Assembly: GCA_051294375.1 (NCBI GenBank)
Contig: JBJCIZ010000560.1
Location: 1 to 44,230 of the forward strand
Origin: Paraspadella gotoi
Lineage: Eukaryota; Animalia; Chaetognatha
Direction: 5' to 3'
Length of the DNA: 44,230 nt
Shown here: positions 37,027 through 44,230 of the stretch, one piece after another
Layout: every line of letters starts with the position of its first letter
Position numbering within the stretch: position 1 is the stretch's first letter
Translations under genes and position numbers: made by a program
The notes under the pieces: generated by a model
What the model saw: the letters and a program-made list of their open reading frames with translations, nothing else
What the model was told of the DNA's origin: nothing
The model's database searches: none

Positions 37027-39996
37027 ATGGGCAAAAGAAAAACTATAACTCAGTGTTTATATGCCCTGGCCGAAGAAGCGCCAAAAGAGGACAACCTGCC
37101 AAGGTTTCCTCCATCTCTCCCACCTCAGACGGCCTGCGGAGTCGATCAGCCTGTGCAAAGCCTCTCGAGATCTCCTCTTGCACGCCCGCCAGCTTCGACT
37201 TCAGCACCACCGTCTGTGCCGGACATCGAGGTCAGAGAAATAAAGTTGCCAGATGACATAAACCTCAAGGAGCTGCTTGTCAACATCAACGACATTCCTC
37301 AATTCAAAAGCAAAGTTCCTGCAACAATCACGACGGATAAATCGCGCTACCAGGAATATGAATTTAACGAAATGTGTAAATGCCTTAAACTCGAAACTAT
37401 ATCGTCGACAAAGATTATTCATGTCCGTAGCCATTCCGACGATAGGGAGGCAGGCGCGTACTACGATACGCTCCTTGCCAATCCAACTCGTCATATTCTT
37501 ATGGGATTCGACATAGAGGGAAGTGTCGCGACGGTTCAATTGTCTGCAGAAGCTGGAAAGGAAGAAGTCAACGTAGTGTACCAGCTAAAATCCTCGGTTG
37601 CTGAACATTGCCTGCGCCAAGGCATACCCACAAACTTACGAAGAATGCTTCAACACGAAAGAGTAATTTTCACTGGCAAGAATGTGAAAGAAGATTTGAT
37701 AGAGTTATGTGGTACACTCTCCATCAATGCAGACAAAGTTAAATACTTGGAAGTGACTGATCTGTATGGTTTGTGCCAAAGTCTTGCCGAAGGCCCTCGT
37801 CATTTGTACCATTTTGTCCATTCAGGACAATGGGTAAGAGAGTTTCAGGTCTCCCTTGCGTATTTCTTTAATTTCGCCTTCCAAGATCGTTTCTTGGATA
37901 AAAGAAGTTTTCATCGGGACCATACCTCAGATTTCGCGGAAGAGCGAGCCCCACTTTCGCCGCAACAGCTCGCATATGCTGCATTAGATGCTCGCGCATC
38001 AAGGGATGCCGTCCAGCGCTTACTTGGACTGCTCGGACTCAAACCAGATGCCCTTTCGCGATCGATTGGCGATGTGGCTTTCCCAATCATTGGCATGCTC
38101 GACGTTGTGAAAGCTTATGTGGAAGACAAACCGCGCAACTTGTTCGAAAAGCACGGCGTTGCCGCGCTTAAAAGATGCGAATCGTTCTTCAGAATGCGCG
38201 TGACCACTGCTGAGAGGGAGGAGTATGTGCGTCGATTAAGGAAGCAAATCGCAGTGATAAAATTGAAAGAAATTCGAACAGGAAAGAGAATCGAGATCGT
38301 GTACGTCGAGGATGACCCTACCGACGGTTTAGGTCAATATCCTGCCCTTTCTTCGCCCGTGATGTTTCAAGTCGACGAGCTCGACAATTCTGACATGACG
38401 CCTCCCCCAGCCAAGGTTAAAAAGTCGCTGGTCTCGGATTCGATTCATTCGTCTTCCGCCACGGAGGTTTGCGAGATTCCTGCTCCTACCTCAACATCTG
38501 TGCCAGCTAAAACGTCGAAAAATAAGTCTAGAGTTGTAAAAACTGGATCAACCGTACGTAAGTCCTCGTCCCGCGCTACGCGTGAGGCAAGGTCTTCACA
38601 TCCGGACCGCGATTTTGCAGCAGCGCAAGTTCTTAGTCAAATGCATCTCGCCGACTTTCGTCAGTATTTGAACAAAAGACAAGCGCCCACTGCTTCCGAA
38701 AGGATTAAANNNNNNNNNNGGATTCTCTCTCATATGCCTATGAGAAAACAAAACAACCGGCGAAAAGCTTACGCCCTTGCTCGCATCATGATGAGTTTCT
38801 TCTCAGCCGGACGACTCAACGATTTTATCGGGGCTATACTCGACGCCAAGATCTTCGGTGCGAGTCACCTCCATTCTCTCGTCCAGATGAAGTATTTCTC
38901 TTGCTCTGCGATGGTACTTCTGGATTACTTCCTCAATGGCGATGGACGCACGAATATGCTGAAAGCTGCTGCGCTACAGTTCGACCAGGCAGAGATTTCT
39001 TCAGTTATTGGTTTTGTATCCCTCTCTTACAAGCGAAAAGATCAAATCTTACTGAAATTACGGTCAACAGGTTTCTATCCGAAGTTGAAAGACATTAGCG
39101 ACTTTGAAGACAAATTCTCTAATTACAGAGTGGGCCGTTTTATTCGAACTTGTTCTGAAGCGGCAAAACTGCCATTGTCTCGCCATTACTACCACATTAT
39201 TTGCAAGTCACGTACCGACATTCTCATGGAGTCGTTCTTGCGTGGAGAGATTGAAGAGAACGATATGTACTTCTCGTGCAAAGCCATCGCGATTGGTGAA
39301 AATCATCTGTTCGAAGCTTGCGTGTCGCGCGTGGCTGAGTTACACTCGCCGCTCGCTTCTCTTCTTTTACGATTGCGAGGTTCTCCCCGTGAGAACTTTC
39401 CTCCAGCAAAATTCGACGCGTTTTCCCCATCATGTGCCAGCCCCTTCAATAAAGATCTTCATGATCTTCCTATCAGGCTGCGAGGGAAGAGAACGGACGG
39501 TTTGCTCGTTGTGGAAAAGGACGAACTAAAACGCTTTCAGAAGGCCCTGTCTAGATCAAAAGATTTCGCAATTATCTATCATCGTCCTTTGCCTGGATTA
39601 GAGAAGACAGATGTGGATTTCTTATCAATCCTTTGCGACTGGCAAATCTTTCATTTTGCCCCAGGCAAAAATCGCGACATCTGCAAAGGAATGATTAAGA
39701 CGCTAGACGCCTATCCAGATTGTCGCCTCCTTACCTTCAAGAGAGTTCCGCTCTTCGATTTCTTCAGACGCGAATTCTCATGGTCCCCTACCAACTGGGT
39801 AGATGCGGAGACCATTTGCACTGAACGTGGATGGGAGGCAACAATGGAAACAATCTCAAGAAAGATCACCGGAGGTTCCTTTTGTCCGCGTGGTTTAAAT
39901 TTCCATGGAAACGCGCGGCCCTCATCAATCGCCCTCTTCCATCGCTCGATCACTACACTGCTTGTCCAGAGATTTTGCGTCCGTTATTCGTCATAG
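37027..39996 (+). CDS. 989-aa retrotransposon-borne protein with a DEDDy (WRN/RNase D/EXD/MUT-7 class) 3'-5' exonuclease domain and a probable inactive second exonuclease-like domain
   Basis: ExoI ILMGFDIEGS (D162,E164), VQLSA strand, IPTNLRRMLQHERVIFTGKNVKEDL (ExoII D223), YLEVTDL, SLAYFF...FLDK, TSDF...PLSPQQLAYAALDA (ExoIII Y317,D321). Intronless and present in four copies. No obvious signal peptide or TM anchor. Confidence 0.92.
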   Translation: MGKRKTITQCLYALAEEAPKEDNLPRFPPSLPPQTACGVDQPVQSLSRSPLARPPASTSAPPSVPDIEVREIKLPDDINLKELLVNINDIPQFKSKVPATITTDKSRYQEYEFNEMCKCLKLETISSTKIIHVRSHSDDREAGAYYDTLLANPTRHILMGFDIEGSVATVQLSAEAGKEEVNVVYQLKSSVAEHCLRQGIPTNLRRMLQHERVIFTGKNVKEDLIELCGTLSINADKVKYLEVTDLYGLCQSLAEGPRHLYHFVHSGQWVREFQVSLAYFFNFAFQDRFLDKRSFHRDHTSDFAEERAPLSPQQLAYAALDARASRDAVQRLLGLLGLKPDALSRSIGDVAFPIIGMLDVVKAYVEDKPRNLFEKHGVAALKRCESFFRMRVTTAEREEYVRRLRKQIAVIKLKEIRTGKRIEIVYVEDDPTDGLGQYPALSSPVMFQVDELDNSDMTPPPAKVKKSLVSDSIHSSSATEVCEIPAPTSTSVPAKTSKNKSRVVKTGSTVRKSSSRATREARSSHPDRDFAAAQVLSQMHLADFRQYLNKRQAPTASERIKXXXXILSHMPMRKQNNRRKAYALARIMMSFFSAGRLNDFIGAILDAKIFGASHLHSLVQMKYFSCSAMVLLDYFLNGDGRTNMLKAAALQFDQAEISSVIGFVSLSYKRKDQILLKLRSTGFYPKLKDISDFEDKFSNYRVGRFIRTCSEAAKLPLSRHYYHIICKSRTDILMESFLRGEIEENDMYFSCKAIAIGENHLFEACVSRVAELHSPLASLLLRLRGSPRENFPPAKFDAFSPSCASPFNKDLHDLPIRLRGKRTDGLLVVEKDELKRFQKALSRSKDFAIIYHRPLPGLEKTDVDFLSILCDWQIFHFAPGKNRDICKGMIKTLDAYPDCRLLTFKRVPLFDFFRREFSWSPTNWVDAETICTERGWEATMETISRKITGGSFCPRGLNFHGNARPSSIALFHRSITTLLVQRFCVRYSS

Positions 39997-40024
39997 GATC
40001 CCTATTGGTCGGGTCGACCAATTT

Positions 40025-40040
40025 AGAAAGGGGTAAGGAA
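40025..40040 (+). promoter_or_regulatory. Polypurine tract AGAAAGGGGTAAGGAA
   Basis: Directly abuts the LTR TG in copies C, D, E and F. Confidence 0.9.
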
Positions 40041-40080
40041 TGTTGGAGACAAATTCGTGTGGACGTCGATGGAATCGAGA

Positions 40081-40862
<782 letters not shown>

Positions 40863-41266
40863 CTGGGGACAATCGCTCAATCGATCAATTAATAAATCCA
40901 TCAATCGATTTATCAATCAATTAATCGAGCATCAATAAATCAATCAATCAATCACTTATTAAATACGTCAATCCACCAATGCTCCAATTTTAATCAACAT
41001 AAGTATTTTCCAGAATTTTTTAACTTTTAAAAATGTAGGAAATTATGCTAATTAAATCGATAAAGAACAGTATAAAAATTGAAATGAGATATAATTATTA
41101 TAAATTTTAGCAGTAATAAACAAGTGAACAGAGTATGTTATTAAATTGTAATAATATATGAACAAAACAATAAAGAAAGAGTAAAATCGTAAACGACGAC
41201 GACGACGACGACGACGACGAACGACGACGACGACGAGAAAACGACTTTAATTCTTCCTCATCCTCT

Positions 41267-41786
41267 TCAAATTTCTTCTCCTCTGCTCTTTTGTTTCGCG
41301 TCTCCAATTTTCGGATCGAAAGTCGGAGAAAATGGGACAAAACCTGGAAAGAAAATTAATAATTAGTCATAATTTAGCTATTAGTTGGTACAACAGTGTT
41401 AAAAAAAATGTTCGACCCACCCTTAAGAATTTTAACCTTCTCAAAAAAAATCATTCCAAATGGACAAGAGTAGGAATCCATTTCCGGTTTCAGCTGCCGC
41501 CTCCCGCTCCGCCGCGTCAGCCGCTGCATTCGCCGCTGCACCTGCCGCATGCCGCTCCGATGCCCCCGCTGCTGCCCCAGCCTTTGAATTCACCGTTCCT
41601 GCCGCTCCCCAGTCCAAGAGGCCTCGTTCTTTTTTGGTTCCTTGCGCGAATGAATGAATGAATGATTGAATGAATGATTGAATGAATGAATGAATGAATG
41701 AATGAATGAATGAATGAATGAATGAATGAATGAATGAATGAATGAATGAAAGAATGAATGAATAAAAAAATAAAAAAATAGATATA

Positions 41787-41861
<75 letters not shown>

Positions 41862-42194
41862 AAAGAAATAAATAGAAACATCAATTTTTATTTTTTCTCA
41901 GACCCGCCTAACGTCTCCGTCTTTCTCTCCATCAACCTGTGATGGTGTTGTCCAGCACCAGCGCCACCGCCCCGCCCACCACTATCGGCGTTGACGCCAA
42001 GACGAGGAGAATCTGGTCGACCTCCTCTGACCCAGTGGAGATGGCGTCAGGGTGTCGTTTGACCCAATCCGGGATGGCCAGACCGGAGAAAAGAGAAAGA
42101 CCCAGGATGTAGAGATTTCTGAGGAAGGGATTGGCGGAGAAGGAAGGGCCTTTTTAGGGAGGAGCATTTCTGAGAAATGAGGAAGAATTAAAGG

Positions 42195-42233
<39 letters not shown>

Positions 42234-43820
42234 AATAGATAAAGACAGAGAAAGAAAGATAGACAAACAGACAGACAACCTGACAGACAACCTGACAGAG
42301 TTCAGATCGACTGTTTGGAGATTAGAAATTCCGACGGCAGCGATGAGACCGAACGTGGCATAAAAGACGCCGCCAACGATCGGCGAGGGAATCGAGGCGA
42401 AGACGGCGCCGAATTTAGCGACGACGCCGAAGACGATGGCGACGACGCCGGCGAGTTGAATGACGCGCCGGCTGCCGACGCGCGTCACGCCGAGAGCGCC
42501 GATGTTCTCGCTGAAAGTTTTTTTTTTTTTGTGTGTGGTTGTAGTAGTATTTTATTGTAGAAAATTTTATCATTTTCTATTCTTATCTTTGTTGTTGTGA
42601 TTGCTGTTGTTGTTGACAATTTTGTTGTTGTAAATGTCGATGTTGTAGTAAATTGTTTTAGTTGCCATCGTCGCCGTCGTCGTTGTTGTTGTTCCTATTG
42701 TTTACGTTGTCGTCATTTTTGTTGTGTTATTGAATTTAATGCTAACGTCATTGTTTTTTGTTGTCATTGTTTTGTTTTTTGCGTTGTTGTTGTTCACGAT
42801 TTGAGTATCCTGATTAATTTCTGTTTCCTTTGTTTTCTTGTTTTTGGTCTAAAGACAAATTTTCCCAAAAAACTCAAGTTGTGGTCATTCCCCCCCAAAC
42901 ACCCACAGCCCTTCACACTCCACAACCTGTAAGACGTGGTCCCGTCTCCAGTTCCCCACACTCCCGCCAAGAGACACCCGACTCCCTCTATGAAGATGCC
43001 GCGGTTGACGGCGTGCAGCGGCGGCGGCGCGGCGCCGGAGAAGCGTGCTGCCGCGTAGTAGTCGCCGATCGATTCCACGATGGAAAGCGAGAACTCCTTG
43101 GGGAATTGATGGAGAAATATGATGTGGAAAGAACGGGAGATGATGTTGAAAGAAGTTTTTTGATATTGAGAGGCAGATGGTGATGTTGAATGGTTGCAAT
43201 GTTGTTGTTGTTTATTCGTTTCAGAGATTATAATTGTGACAATGGATGCAAAGTGCAATAGATGTAGAGAGCCTGGTCCAGTTTCCGTCGGTTAATTGAG
43301 TCAAGCCATCTGCTTAGCTGGTACCGGTTACAATCAAAGCATGTTCCTGCCCTACGGATGCGTCAGGGCGGCTCTAGCCGACCTTGGTCGGGTTTCAAGC
43401 CCACGATCTGTCTCAATCGGTCAGAGATGCTTGATGAAGGTGCTAATAGTCATCTTCGGCACTCAAATCGCTTTTTTTATATGTGGATTCATCTTGCAAG
43501 GAGTCCATTACTTCCTTTTTTTTTTAAATCAATTTACTCTGAAAATTCTTTGACAAATTTTCGACAGAATGATGGTTCTGCAAAAAACCATCATCAATAG
43601 TATTTGCCACCAATTATAAACTTCTCACTCCACACCCCCCTAAACTTTCATCAACCCCCCCCACTGTCCTTCTTCCCCACCTGCCATCATTCCCCATTGC
43701 GGTCGCAAATGAGAAAGTGGGCGTGCCCCATTGAAATGGATGTGGAAGATGGAACCAGGCTGACTCAGTTATGGCGTCGGCGTTGGCCGTGGTAGAGAGG
43801 CTGACGGCGTTGGGAGGTAA
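41267..43820 (-). CDS. SLC23: SLC23/NAT (nucleobase-ascorbate transporter) gene, 3' six exons: 43820-43681, 43096-42927, 42510-42292, 42118-41937, 41640-41421, 41343-41267 (stop)
   Basis: [122 protein letters not shown]. All introns are GT-AG. About three small frameshifts must be assumed. Paralogue not assignable. Confidence 0.93.
41648..41862. repeat. (TGAA)n then (TAAA)n microsatellites in an SLC23 intron
   Basis: Direct reading. Confidence 0.95.
43260..43463 (-). mobile_element. Possible tRNA-derived SINE-like insert in an SLC23 intron
   Basis: GC-richer ~200-bp island with a B-box-like GATCGTGGGCTTGAAACCCGACC near its 5' end on the minus strand. Single copy in the window, so weak. Confidence 0.25.
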
Positions 43821-44230
43821 TGTTGGAGGCGGATTTATGGAGAATCGCCAGTGGGCGAAGGTGGCTCACATCATTCAGAGCGGGGTTGCATCGGGTCTCC
43901 AACGACGTCCTCCAAACTGGGTCTGTTCGGGCGGCGCGGTCGACAGAAGCAACAGTCTTATAATGTATGGATCTGAGAGAAGACAGAAGCACACAATGCC
44001 ATGAGGAGACGCTTGCCTAGAACCTTTATTCTACGTATTCTGACACTTATCATTTATCGATAACAACACGGTACTCATTTCACTGTAAAGTAAAACAGAT
44101 CAATAAATGATATTAAACAACACGATAAAGACAATGTTTTATATTTAAACACAGTTTATAATGTTCGTAGTGGATCGGTTTCCATCTCGATTCCATCTCG
44201 ATTCCATCTCGATTCCATCTCGATTCCATC
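43821..44230 (-). repeat. LTR copy G (3' or solo LTR), running off the window
   Basis: Ends ...CGCCTCCAACA at 43821; matches the other LTRs up to the 11-mer array at the window end. Confidence 0.95.

Larger units (their letters stand above)
35325..40080 (+). mobile_element. Gypsy copy F: integrase C-terminus, spacer, intact cargo ORF, PPT, first 40 bp of LTR
   Basis: Near-identical to D and E; the LTR begins at 40041 and breaks off at 40080. Confidence 0.95.

Noticed and set aside
37027-39996. Cargo ORF as an env/fusion glycoprotein
   Set aside because: No evident signal peptide or C-terminal TM helix; clear exonuclease motifs instead.

Overview
Eukaryotic (probably invertebrate animal) scaffold, microsatellite-rich and error-prone, with five exactly 25-N gaps and long-read-type indels. 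About two thirds of the window is one Ty3/Gypsy LTR retrotransposon family, present as six internal fragments plus a terminal LTR. Reconstructed order: gag end, protease, RT, RNase H, integrase, a ~550 bp AT-rich spacer, an extra sense-strand 989-aa ORF, polypurine tract, and a ~425 bp LTR (TGTTGGAG...CTCCAACA). The main finding is the extra ORF in the usual env position (intact at 37027-39996). It is not env. It has a complete DEDDy 3'-5' exonuclease domain (D162, E164, D223, Y317, D321). After a basic linker it has a helical region and an apparently dead second exonuclease-like domain, which by eye resembles MUT-7/Nibbler/EXD3. This suggests a retrotransposon carrying a possible small-RNA-pathway nuclease (inference). 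Host gene fragments, all on the minus strand: two DMXL/Rabconnectin-3alpha exons, three anoctamin exons, and six SLC23 transporter exons, one abutting an LTR. The clustering and inverted arrangement of copies looks at least partly like an assembly artefact.
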